Assembly: GCA_029251005.1 (NCBI GenBank) | Contig: JAQXEE010000022.1 | Span: forward strand, 1 to 61,784 | Reading direction: 5' to 3' | DNA: 61,784 bases | Origin: Flavobacteriales bacterium | GTDB lineage: Bacteria > Bacteroidota > Bacteroidia > Flavobacteriales_C > GCA-002722245 | In this document: positions 18,603-27,770 of the stretch, one piece after another | Position numbering within the stretch: the first letter of the stretch is position 1 | Layout: the number at the start of each line of letters is the position of its first letter | Notes under the pieces: generated by a model | Databases searched by the model: none | The model's input: the letters and a program-made list of their open reading frames with translations, nothing else | What the model was told of the DNA's origin: nothing | Program-made: the position numbers and the translations under genes

Positions 18603-20567
18603 ATGAGTAAATCAATATTCAATACCCTATTCTCGTTTTTAATCTTAACATTCCCAGCCTACGCTCAGCCTTATGTTGTAAACGAACAACTTGAAAAAAT
18701 TTTTTCAGAAGGTTTTACAGATGTAAACTCAAGCTTTCCTATTACCTCAAGTAGTAATCCTAAGTTTTGGGCTACCTATGGTGATGGTTATTATTACATG
18801 GAAAGAAAAATAACATCCCCAAGAGCTATTGTTGCTGACTTTAAGGCTATTTCAAAAAACCTAGCCATCAAAACAAAAATACAATTAGGACCAGTAAGGA
18901 GTAGCGAAAGTAGTGTTGGTGTTATGTTCTTAGTTCAGCCTGGAGGAAAAGGCGGGTTCTTGTTTGAAATAAACAGAAAAAAAAGTTTTAGAATTAAAGA
19001 TTTATCTAATGGTGCTTTTATCACAAAAGAAGGTGAAAACGGCTGGATTAAATCAAAAGTAATAGCTCCTGCAACTCGGAGTAATACTATTGAAATAAAG
19101 GGCTTCAGAGGTAAATTCGACATTTACATCAATAATCTATACCTGTATTCGTTTATAAACAACTCATATCAATCAGGGAAATCAGGAGTTTATTTGGGAC
19201 AAAATGCTTCGGCTAGAATGTATTATTTTAATTTATACGAATTATCAATTCCTGGAGCTCCTGTTGAAGTGAACTTAGAGAACTTACAAAGAGAAATTCT
19301 CTTACTTAAAGAAGAGAACGATAGCCTCAAAACACTTGAAATCCAAGCAAGGTTTGGAGGGAATAATAAAGGAATGATTTCCGCAATAAAAATTTTAGAA
19401 GAACAAATAAGTTCAGTTAATGAAGAAAAAAGTCAGTTAAATAAAATTTTAAAAGAATATAAAGACAGCCTACCTTCATCAGAAATTAAGGATTCTGCAA
19501 TAATTCCTAATGCAGCCATTGAAAAAATCAGTTCATTGTCTTCTGAACGAGATTCATTAAAATTTAACAATGAAAGTCTCAACCTTGAATTAACTTCCAC
19601 TCAAAAAGAAAAGGACTCAGTTAGTTTTGCCCTTGAGCAGATGAAGTCAAAAATGAAATTTTTAGAATCTCACTTAGAGGAAGTTAAAGATCAAATACTT
19701 GAAATTAAAAGCCATGAAGAAAAATCTTTAGTGAAAGATCCATCTAAACCATCAGAACCACCAAAATCTCCAACGATTTCTTCATCAATAGATGAAAACA
19801 TAGAAAATACAAAAGATATTATAAATGGCACTAAATTATTAAATACAGATTCAACCTATGAAATTGGGGGAAATATTGATGCAGAAGTTAAATTTTACAA
19901 TAGTAAAAAAGCGTCAATGAAAGAACCATCGAAACCATCAACACAACCAAAATCTGCAATATTACCTTTACCAATTAATAAAACTTTAGACAGTATAAAA
20001 AACATTGATACTAGTGTTGAAATATTAAAATCAGATTCAGTCTATGAAAATGCAGTAAATATTGATGAGAAAATTAGAGTTGAGTCTGATAATGAAGCCT
20101 TAGTCAAGGAACCGTCTAAGACTTTAGCACAACCAGTACTGCCAGCATCCCCCTCCTCTGTAAACGAAAAGATAGACAATACGAAAAAGACTATTAATAG
20201 CACAAAATTATTAAAAGTAGATTCAACCAATGAAAATGTGGTGAATATTGATGAGGAAATTGGATTTGAAAATAATAAAGAAGCCTTAGAGAAAAATTCA
20301 TCTATACCAGAAGCGCAACCAGTATTACCAGCATCGCCATCATTAATAGATGAAAATATAGACAATACACAAGAGGTTACAAATGGTGCTGAATTATTAA
20401 AAGCAGATTCAACCTATGAACATACTATAGATATTGATGAAGAAATTGGATTTGAAAATAATGATAAAGAAGACGGATTGTTAGATGAAAAAAAATCTTC
20501 TTTAACTCCCCTTAAATCACAAGTAATTAAAGTAAAAAAAGCTGTTAAAGCTGAATTTAAAGATTAA
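18603..20567 (+). CDS. Exported hypothetical protein: lectin-like beta-sandwich + coiled coil + four 62-aa repeats
   Basis: Signal peptide (PAYA-Q); beta-rich N-domain resembling DUF1080/ConA folds; heptad region; tandem repeats. Confidence 0.75.
   Translation: MSKSIFNTLFSFLILTFPAYAQPYVVNEQLEKIFSEGFTDVNSSFPITSSSNPKFWATYGDGYYYMERKITSPRAIVADFKAISKNLAIKTKIQLGPVRSSESSVGVMFLVQPGGKGGFLFEINRKKSFRIKDLSNGAFITKEGENGWIKSKVIAPATRSNTIEIKGFRGKFDIYINNLYLYSFINNSYQSGKSGVYLGQNASARMYYFNLYELSIPGAPVEVNLENLQREILLLKEENDSLKTLEIQARFGGNNKGMISAIKILEEQISSVNEEKSQLNKILKEYKDSLPSSEIKDSAIIPNAAIEKISSLSSERDSLKFNNESLNLELTSTQKEKDSVSFALEQMKSKMKFLESHLEEVKDQILEIKSHEEKSLVKDPSKPSEPPKSPTISSSIDENIENTKDIINGTKLLNTDSTYEIGGNIDAEVKFYNSKKASMKEPSKPSTQPKSAILPLPINKTLDSIKNIDTSVEILKSDSVYENAVNIDEKIRVESDNEALVKEPSKTLAQPVLPASPSSVNEKIDNTKKTINSTKLLKVDSTNENVVNIDEEIGFENNKEALEKNSSIPEAQPVLPASPSLIDENIDNTQEVTNGAELLKADSTYEHTIDIDEEIGFENNDKEDGLLDEKKSSLTPLKSQVIKVKKAVKAEFKD
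19722..20465 (+). repeat. Four degenerate in-frame tandem repeats of 186 bp (62 aa)
   Basis: Units start at 19722, 19908, 20094 and 20280 (KSLVKDPSKP, KASMKEPSKP, EALVKEPSKT, EALEKNSSIP); each contains a variant of LLKxDSTYE...NIDEEI. Confidence 0.9.
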
Positions 20568-20573
20568 CCAACC

Positions 20574-21392
20574 ATGCCGGTTCATTTTAACGATAAGAAA
20601 AGAATTACCACTAAGACACTTCATGAGATGAAGAAGTCTAACCACAAAATTAGTATGCTAACAGCATACGATTATACAATGGCAAAAATAATTGATGCTG
20701 GTGGAGCTGATGTTATTCTTGTTGGAGATTCGGCCAGTAATGTTATGGCAGGCCATGAAACGACACTTCCCATTACATTGGATCAAATGATTTATCATTC
20801 AGCCTCTGTTGTTAGAGGTGCTGAAAGAGCTATGGTTGTAACTGACTTACCTTTCGGGTCTTACCAAGGAAACTCTAAAGAAGCACTCTCTTCAGCGATT
20901 AAAATAATGAAAGAATCTGGTGCGCATGCTGTTAAACTTGAAGGAGGAAATGAAGTATTGGAATCTGTAAAACGCATTTTAACTGCTGGAATCCCAGTTA
21001 TGGGACACTTGGGTTTAACCCCCCAAAGTATTTATAAATTTGGCACCTACTCTGTACGTGCTCAAGAGGAAGAAGAAGCAAAGCAATTAATGAATGATGC
21101 TATTGAACTTCAAGAAGCAGGTGTTTTTGGTATTGTTTTAGAAAAAGTTCCTGCACATTTGGCAGAGAAAATTTCAAGGAAATTAAGAATTCCTGTAATT
21201 GGTATTGGAGCCGGAAACAGTTGTGATGGTCAAGTTTTAGTATCTCATGACATGTTTGGAATGACGCATGAATTTAGTCCTCGCTTTTTAAGAAGATATT
21301 TAAACCTTTATGACGAAATGAAAAATGCGGTTAACCAATACTGTTTGGATGTTCAAATTGGTGACTTCCCTAATGATAAAGAGCAATATTAA
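20574..21392 (+). CDS. panB: 3-methyl-2-oxobutanoate hydroxymethyltransferase
   Basis: [41 protein letters not shown]...DGQVLV. Confidence 0.97.
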   Translation: MPVHFNDKKRITTKTLHEMKKSNHKISMLTAYDYTMAKIIDAGGADVILVGDSASNVMAGHETTLPITLDQMIYHSASVVRGAERAMVVTDLPFGSYQGNSKEALSSAIKIMKESGAHAVKLEGGNEVLESVKRILTAGIPVMGHLGLTPQSIYKFGTYSVRAQEEEEAKQLMNDAIELQEAGVFGIVLEKVPAHLAEKISRKLRIPVIGIGAGNSCDGQVLVSHDMFGMTHEFSPRFLRRYLNLYDEMKNAVNQYCLDVQIGDFPNDKEQY

Positions 21393-22048
21393 TGCTTGAG
21401 GTTCTTTTTGAAGACAATCATATTATTATCGTAAATAAAAAATCCGGTGAAATTACACAAGGTGATAAAACTGGAGATACACCTCTTTCAGAAAAAGTGA
21501 AAGAATACATAAAACACAAATACAATAAACCAGGAAATGTTTTTATTGGAACGGTTCATAGGTTAGATCGTCCAGTTACGGGCGTTATCGTTTTTGCTAA
21601 AACAAGCAAAGCCTTAACTAGGCTTAACAAAATGTTTCAAGATAAAAAGATGCAAAAAACGTACTGGGCATTGTGTAGTCAAGCCCCTAAAGTTAAACAT
21701 CAAAAGCTTTCTCATTATTTAGTTAAGGATACTCAAAAGAATAAAACAAAGGCACATTTGAGAGAAATTCCGAATGGGAAAAAATCTGAATTGATTTATA
21801 CACATCTCAAAAATAACAAACTCAAAAACTTAATTGAAGTAAAACCCTTAACAGGAAGACCGCATCAAATTAGGGTGCAACTTTCAAGTATGGGTTGCTC
21901 AATTTTGGGTGATTTAAAATATGGAGCAAATAAACCCAACCCTGATAAATCCATTTGTTTACACGCTCGAAACATCGAATTTATTCATCCAGTTAGCAAG
22001 GAGGTTATTAATGTAACAGCCCCCCTACCTAATCATAACTGGAAGTAA
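21392..22048 (+). CDS. RluA-family RNA pseudouridine synthase
   Basis: HRLDRPVTG catalytic motif, TGRPHQIRVQL, ILGDLKYG, LHA; TAATG overlap with panB. Confidence 0.93.
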   Translation: MLEVLFEDNHIIIVNKKSGEITQGDKTGDTPLSEKVKEYIKHKYNKPGNVFIGTVHRLDRPVTGVIVFAKTSKALTRLNKMFQDKKMQKTYWALCSQAPKVKHQKLSHYLVKDTQKNKTKAHLREIPNGKKSELIYTHLKNNKLKNLIEVKPLTGRPHQIRVQLSSMGCSILGDLKYGANKPNPDKSICLHARNIEFIHPVSKEVINVTAPLPNHNWK

Positions 22049-22453
22049 ATGAAGCAATTTGAAATCACGCTTCCTGTATTTAAAAGAGGATTCCATATAG
22101 TAACCGAAGAAATATTATGCCAAATTGATACTTTACCCAAAATCGGGATATGCTCCATTTTTATAAAACATACCTCTGCAGCAATAACAATTAATGAAGC
22201 TGCTGACCCTTCTGTTTTAACCGATTTTGAATCCAGTTTTAACTTATTAATACCTGAAAACGCACCTCATTACATTCATACCTACGAAGGAATTGATGAT
22301 ATGCCAGCCCATTTAAAAACTTCGATAATTGGAACAAGCGTGACAATCCCAATTACAAATCACAAATTTAACCTTGGAATTTGGCAAGGAATTTACTTAT
22401 GTGAGTTCCGCAATTTTGCATCACCAAGATCGTTAGTTATCACCGTATATTAG
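22049..22453 (+). CDS. yjbQ: YjbQ/UPF0047 family protein (secondary thiamine-phosphate synthase)
   Basis: HTSAAITINE.ADP, DDMPAHLK, LGIWQGIYLCEFR. Confidence 0.92.
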   Translation: MKQFEITLPVFKRGFHIVTEEILCQIDTLPKIGICSIFIKHTSAAITINEAADPSVLTDFESSFNLLIPENAPHYIHTYEGIDDMPAHLKTSIIGTSVTIPITNHKFNLGIWQGIYLCEFRNFASPRSLVITVY

Positions 22454-22511
22454 TTAAAATTCCCTTAATGGAAACCAACATTTCAAATTTGATCTTTTTA
22501 CCTTTATTATA

Positions 22512-23990
22512 ATGGGGATTATAGCCAAACAAACTTTACGCGGAAGTGTTTTCATTTATATGGGAATTGCGCTTGGTTTTTTAACTACAGGACTATTATT
22601 CCCGCGCTTTTTATCGGTTGGTGAAATTGGAGCTATAAACTTAATTTTAAAATATGCAGCACTTCTGTCTATTATAGCCAACTTAGGTTTCACAAGTGTT
22701 GGTGCAAAGTTATTTCCCTTTTTTAGGGACAGGAATAATGGCAACAATGGTTATTTAAAGCTAAATCTCCTTGTTAGTTTATTTGGGTTCTTGATCTGCT
22801 GTTTAATCTTTGTCATCTTTCAGGATTTCCTTATCGAACAAAACCAGAAAAAATCCCCTATATTTTCACAATACCTCTATTATATTTTACCATTCACACT
22901 AAGTGTAACTTTATTTAATATTCTTAACACTTACAATAGAGGATTATACAATGCTGTAGCGGGAACTTTTTTGAAAGAACTTGTCCAGAGAATATTTATC
23001 CTTATCGGAATTCTGTTAATCATCTTTAATCTAATTTCTTTTCAGTTTTTTATTCCAATTTATTATTTAGCAACTCTTGTTCCTATAATTGGTTTATTGT
23101 GGATTCTTAACCAGAATAAGGAGTTACAATTAACACCTTACAAGCACAAGTTAAAAGGTCAGTTTAAAAAAGAATTGATTGCTGTAAGTCTATTTGGAAT
23201 TTTAAATAACGCAGGAGCTACAATAGTGACTGCAATTGACACAATTATGGTTAACGAAAATTTAGGTGAAAGTCAGGCTGGAGTTTACGCAACTGTTGCG
23301 TTATTTAGTACTGTTATTATCGCTCCATCCAGACCCTTAATTAGTATTGCAACAACATTTTTAGCAGATGCATGGAAAGCCAATGACATGAATAAAATCA
23401 AAGAACTATATGCCAAAAGTAGTATCAATCAACTTTTATTTGGCTCTTTAATATTTATAGGGATTTGGGCCAATATTGACAATATCTTCAACTTAATTCC
23501 TAAAAATTTCAGCATCGGAAAAGACGTTGTTTTCTTTTTAGGTTTGGGAGCATTAATAAATATGATAATGGGACTTAATAGCTCTATCATTGCTGTTTCT
23601 AAGTTATTTAAATGGCAAGCATACTTTATAGTCGCTTTTACTATTTTAATAATCTTCACCAACTACCTCCTTATTCCTCAATATGGAATTATTGGAGCTG
23701 GGATAGCGAGTTTAATTTCTATTACAATTCATAATTTACTAAAGTTAATCTTTGTTCTTGTTAAGTTTAAAATGCAACCTTTTACAAGGAAAACTGTTTT
23801 AATGATTGTTATTGGGATTGTTGTATTCTTTATTCAGAAACTAATTCCTTCGCTAATTTGGACCATCGATTTACCAATTCGAAGTGTATTAATCACATTG
23901 GTTTTCACTTTCGTTGTTTATCTTTTTAAAATATCAGAAGACTTTAACAGACAAGTTGACAAAATTTTAAAGTTTATTCTTAAAAAATAA
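22512..23990 (+). CDS. Polysaccharide/oligosaccharide flippase (Wzx/MOP family)
   Basis: About 12-14 TM helices; IDTIMV...AGVY; LIPQYGIIGAGIAS. Confidence 0.85.
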   Translation: MGIIAKQTLRGSVFIYMGIALGFLTTGLLFPRFLSVGEIGAINLILKYAALLSIIANLGFTSVGAKLFPFFRDRNNGNNGYLKLNLLVSLFGFLICCLIFVIFQDFLIEQNQKKSPIFSQYLYYILPFTLSVTLFNILNTYNRGLYNAVAGTFLKELVQRIFILIGILLIIFNLISFQFFIPIYYLATLVPIIGLLWILNQNKELQLTPYKHKLKGQFKKELIAVSLFGILNNAGATIVTAIDTIMVNENLGESQAGVYATVALFSTVIIAPSRPLISIATTFLADAWKANDMNKIKELYAKSSINQLLFGSLIFIGIWANIDNIFNLIPKNFSIGKDVVFFLGLGALINMIMGLNSSIIAVSKLFKWQAYFIVAFTILIIFTNYLLIPQYGIIGAGIASLISITIHNLLKLIFVLVKFKMQPFTRKTVLMIVIGIVVFFIQKLIPSLIWTIDLPIRSVLITLVFTFVVYLFKISEDFNRQVDKILKFILKK

Positions 23991-24451
23991 TATCTAGAGC
24001 TCTTATCTATAGAACATATTCTAAGTTCCTTTTTGTTATTTAATATGCAATTGAGTTTTAATAGTATATTTTATTGGGTAGTACTTTACCTATTTCTCAA
24101 CACCCTCTTTTTATGTTGTAAAACGAAATATATTCCTTAGCTTTTTCATATCTCAATCACTTCATATTTTTATAAAACTTAAAACAGTAAATGCAACTAT
24201 GTAGTTACTTAGTTGTATTTTAAAATGCTATTCGGATAACTCAACAGAAATAATTTTTTCTAACACTGTTTTTATTTTAGCACCTTTGTTTTTATTAAAA
24301 ATAATAATAAAATTTTTCGTTTGCTTTAGTGCTTTGATTTTGAGCACACAACTGCCATTAACAATAAAACGCCCCAATACTTTGAGCTTTGTAAACCCTT
24401 ATATCTCCTGAAATATCCGAGGAAATAATTACCTTTTTAAGGAGGACTGTA

Positions 24452-25174
24452 TTATGCTCCAAAAACCTTTTTCAAAAGATCAGAAACTCTTGCCGAAGGC
24501 TCCTCTCTAATTTTTTTCTCTTCCAATTCTAAAAGTTTGAAAAGACCTTCCATAGCCTTCTCTGTTGTATAATCTTCCAAATCAAGATTAACCTTTGTAG
24601 TTAATGGAATTTTATTATATCCAGAAGCTAATGGAGACCAATACTTTGTAATGTTAACGGTTTGTAACGCTTTCTCAACAATCGGTCTAAATGTAGCGTA
24701 TAAAGAATCTTTTGTACTTGCCTCTAAATAACTTGTAGCCGCATTGTCTTCACCTTTGAGAATTGACAAACCATCTTTTACAGTCATTGATTTAATTGCT
24801 AATAAAAACAATGGAGCAGCCTCCTTTGCGGCCTCTTCAGCAGCTCTGTTTAAAACAAGCTCAAATTCGTCTACCTGCTTTCCCATTCCTACTTTACGCA
24901 AACTTTTTTGCATTTTATCAGCCTCTGCTGGAAAAGGAATTCGAATTAGACCGTTTTTATTAAACCCATCCATCATACTAGCTGACTTACCTGCGTTATC
25001 TACTCCAACACTTAAGGCTTCTTTTAATCCACTTATCACTTCATCGTTCGTTAATTTCGATGCTGTTGGTGTTTCAACTTGAGTTTTAACAGAATTTTTA
25101 AGTTTATTTAAGTTCAGTTGTGCATTTACACCAGTTGAGGCGAAAATTACTACTCCTATTAATATTTTTTTCAT
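24452..25174 (-). CDS. DUF4197-family exported protein
   Basis: GLKEALSVG, LNRAAEEA, ILKGEDNAAT, GLF...EEKKIREEP.AR..DLLKKVFG; start placed at MKKILIG signal peptide, downstream of TATTTTTG at 25211-25218. Confidence 0.9.
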   Translation of the reverse strand: MKKILIGVVIFASTGVNAQLNLNKLKNSVKTQVETPTASKLTNDEVISGLKEALSVGVDNAGKSASMMDGFNKNGLIRIPFPAEADKMQKSLRKVGMGKQVDEFELVLNRAAEEAAKEAAPLFLLAIKSMTVKDGLSILKGEDNAATSYLEASTKDSLYATFRPIVEKALQTVNITKYWSPLASGYNKIPLTTKVNLDLEDYTTEKAMEGLFKLLELEEKKIREEPSARVSDLLKKVFGA

Positions 25175-25337
25175 TTTGTAATTTTTAAAGATTCCCTTCA
25201 ATTACTATTCCAAAAATATACAACTATTTCATTTAAATGGAGTGAAAAATGAAAACACTTTTGCAAATTGTAAAAAAAGCTTTGTTAATTGAAGTTGAAA
25301 AATTCACCTGAAATACATTACCTATTTATTCAGTAAA

Positions 25338-26198
25338 CTAGAGGGTTAATTGCCTAATTATCCCTGATAGGAAATCACTTTTCAATTCTTTATTAATAAC
25401 ACCTAAAATTGAATCAATTTCAGTGCCTCTCCCCGAATCCAAATCTGCCCACATACTATTTTTGTTTTCACTTGTAGCTTTCGCTATTTTATTTAATAAA
25501 TCTTCGTATTCCGAAAATTCACTAAACAAACCTCGTGTTAAAAAATAAGGAAAGACCTCTCTCGCTATTTTTTTTAAATACATTCCAGCTTCACCATTAA
25601 CAACCTCTCCATTTTTGACTTTAAAAATTGCGGCCGTTGGATTTATAGCAGCATTAATTGCTAATTTCTTTAAAATACTCTTTCCTATTTTCTCTTCAAA
25701 TTGAATTGTAGGAAGTGTATTCTCAAAAAACGATTGTAAAAATTCATTAGACTCCAAAATTAGGTTTCCCTCACCTGTATTTTCAACATTTCCAGGACCT
25801 TTCAATTTAGCTCCTTGTGTAGTTGTTCCTAAATAAATTTTTTGCTCTGCGTTTAAAACCGACTTAAAAAGTTCTTTTTGCCCTGATCCGTTTTGAAGAA
25901 TCAAAATTGGACTTTGCCAGTTCAACTTTAAATACTCTTTAAGAGCATTTGTGTTTTTATAGCCTTTTGTTAACCAAACCACCAAATCGGGTTTTTTAGA
26001 ATCAAGCCAATTAGTGGTTGCAAATATGTTTTCAACGATAACCTCATTATCGCTTTCAACTAAAACAGCTTTCTCGTTAAGCGCATTTATACCTTCTTGC
26101 CAACTTCCCAACATTGTGACATTAAAGTAATCAGAAAACCTTATTGCGTACAATGTTGCTAATGCACCTGAACCAACTACAACTATATTTTTAACCAT
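25338..26198 (-). CDS. panE: 2-dehydropantoate 2-reductase (ketopantoate reductase)
   Basis: Rossmann VVGSGAL, LQNG, KLAINAAINP, NSMWAD...TEIDSILG. Confidence 0.88.
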   Translation of the reverse strand: MVKNIVVVGSGALATLYAIRFSDYFNVTMLGSWQEGINALNEKAVLVESDNEVIVENIFATTNWLDSKKPDLVVWLTKGYKNTNALKEYLKLNWQSPILILQNGSGQKELFKSVLNAEQKIYLGTTTQGAKLKGPGNVENTGEGNLILESNEFLQSFFENTLPTIQFEEKIGKSILKKLAINAAINPTAAIFKVKNGEVVNGEAGMYLKKIAREVFPYFLTRGLFSEFSEYEDLLNKIAKATSENKNSMWADLDSGRGTEIDSILGVINKELKSDFLSGIIRQLTL

Positions 26199-26353
26199 TT
26201 GATCTTCAACAACTTTGATTTAACATAAATATAGGGTCTTTTTGTCATGATTATTTACGCTTCAGTTTTATTTTCGCACATTTTAACAGTTAAATAAATC
26301 GTTTTAGCAACTACTAAAATAATAAAGACCTCAACTAGTTTATCTTTACACCT

Positions 26354-26433
26354 GTTAGAAAAGACTCCTAAACAATCTGATATAACAAAATGATTATAAA
26401 GCCTCGAGAAATCGGGGCTTTAGTGTTTCTAAT
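26354..26433 (+). ncRNA. Candidate structured small RNA (~80 nt)
   Basis: -7-like TATCTTTA at 26341-26348; 11-bp stem TAAAGCCTCGA/TCGGGGCTTTA closed by a GAAA tetraloop; 5' TTAGAAA pairs with 3' TTTCTAA; no plus-strand CDS ends nearby. Confidence 0.45.
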
Positions 26434-26524
26434 AATTTGTCAATGCATTCCAAATACTCCTTAAACGTTGATCAACACGAAAAACTTTTCACAAGTAATA
26501 CTTTTTAATCCGGTAATTATTTTA

Positions 26525-26599
26525 ATGAAAAGAGTGAGAACAATCAAAATTATTATTGGCAGCAAAAAAATACTTTTCCTTGAGGGAATTCAAACATGA
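26525..26599 (+). pseudogene. Possible remnant of a response-regulator receiver N-terminus
   Basis: MKRVRTIKIIIGSKKILFLEGIQT* resembles the NarL/LuxR start pattern IKIIIADDHxLFLEG; only 24 codons. Confidence 0.25.
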
Positions 26600-26987
26600 C
26601 CAATATTATCTCATTAATAAATGCGATAATACTTGTGGGAAATAGAAGTGAACATGCAAAGAGAAAAACTAGAGAATAAAAGCTATTATTTACAAACAGT
26701 ATTGGGAAATTAATGAATATTTTTTTTTAGTTCCTTTTTACTCAAAACGTTAATATCAATGACAAAAAAGGAGTTAATAGGAGGGAGTTTGTATTCGATT
26801 TACTTTATAATTCACCAAGATTTAATGTTATTTGATAGTTTAACGAAATACATAATAGATTTAACTAATAACAGAACTTAAATAATACAACCATTTCCTA
26901 TTGCTTGTATTACTAAGTCGTTATATCTTTACAAAATAGCTTTTGAATGCTAAACTTTTAGGTTAGCCAAGCAAAACTCTAATAACA

Positions 26988-27761
26988 ATGTCAAAAATAA
27001 TCATCAACCAAGAGGAAGCTAAATTAATACCTAGATTTAGTTCCTACCATATTAGTGAATCAGGACGTGTTTACAAAACAAGTTCGCCAAAGAGAAAAAT
27101 TAAACCAAAAAAAAACGAGAATTACCTAAAGGAAATAAAATTACATTTTAAAAAAGATAATATTTCATCTCATGGAAGGGTAAGTTTGGTAGATGATAAA
27201 GGGAAACTTCAAAATTTATGCGCAGGTCTATTGGTTGCTTTAACTTTTAAACTTTTTGATACTAATTCAAAAATCACCAAAAAAGATATAAGCTACAAAG
27301 ATGGCAATAGACATAACCTTCATGTATCTAATTTAACACTTGTTGATAAAACTTACCCCAATAGTAAGTTAAAACCTAATCAAATCAAATTAATAAAAAA
27401 GCTAATAAAGAAAGGAGATTCTTTAAGAAAAATAAGTTCGCTTTTCAGTGTTTCTGAAATGCAAATAAATAGAATAAAAACTGGAGAAAATTGGGGTAAC
27501 GGCAAAAGAAAAATCAAAGCTCCTGTAGCACCTTTTATAATCGAAGACGGTAGCATGAGGAAGTATATTGCCACTTTTGAAAGTCAGAAATTAAACTTAA
27601 AAATTAAGAAGCCATTCATCATTAAAAGAAATCCTGAAAATCCCACAGAAAACATAATCCAAGGGATAGTAAAAGGGTTTAAACTTTCACGAAAACACAC
27701 GAATATAACTAGAGCAAAAAAAAGTGTAGAAAGGTTAAATAATTTTTTTTTCAAAACATAA
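26988..27761 (+). CDS. NUMOD4 + degenerate HNH + HTH DNA-binding protein
   Basis: IPRFSSYHISESGRV (NUMOD4-like), LLVALTF...ISYKDGNRHNLHVSNL (HNH-like with catalytic His lost), NSKL...FSVSEMQINRIKTGENWG (HTH). Confidence 0.75.
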   Translation: MSKIIINQEEAKLIPRFSSYHISESGRVYKTSSPKRKIKPKKNENYLKEIKLHFKKDNISSHGRVSLVDDKGKLQNLCAGLLVALTFKLFDTNSKITKKDISYKDGNRHNLHVSNLTLVDKTYPNSKLKPNQIKLIKKLIKKGDSLRKISSLFSVSEMQINRIKTGENWGNGKRKIKAPVAPFIIEDGSMRKYIATFESQKLNLKIKKPFIIKRNPENPTENIIQGIVKGFKLSRKHTNITRAKKSVERLNNFFFKT

Positions 27762-27770
27762 CCAAATAGA

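Noticed and set aside
19722-20465. Regular repeats considered as a CRISPR-like or other guide array
   Set aside because: Units are 186 bp, degenerate, in-frame coding and lack a repeat-spacer alternation; no cas genes in the window
24189-24220. Hairpin AAATGCAACTA...TAGTTGTATTT in the 461-bp gap between the flippase and DUF4197 genes
   Set aside because: AT-rich and weak; most simply a terminator between convergent genes or chance, with no promoter-plus-structure evidence for an ncRNA
26988-27761. Active mobile homing endonuclease, intron or prophage remnant
   Set aside because: Catalytic HNH residues are substituted, and there is no interrupted host gene, intron structure or phage gene nearby
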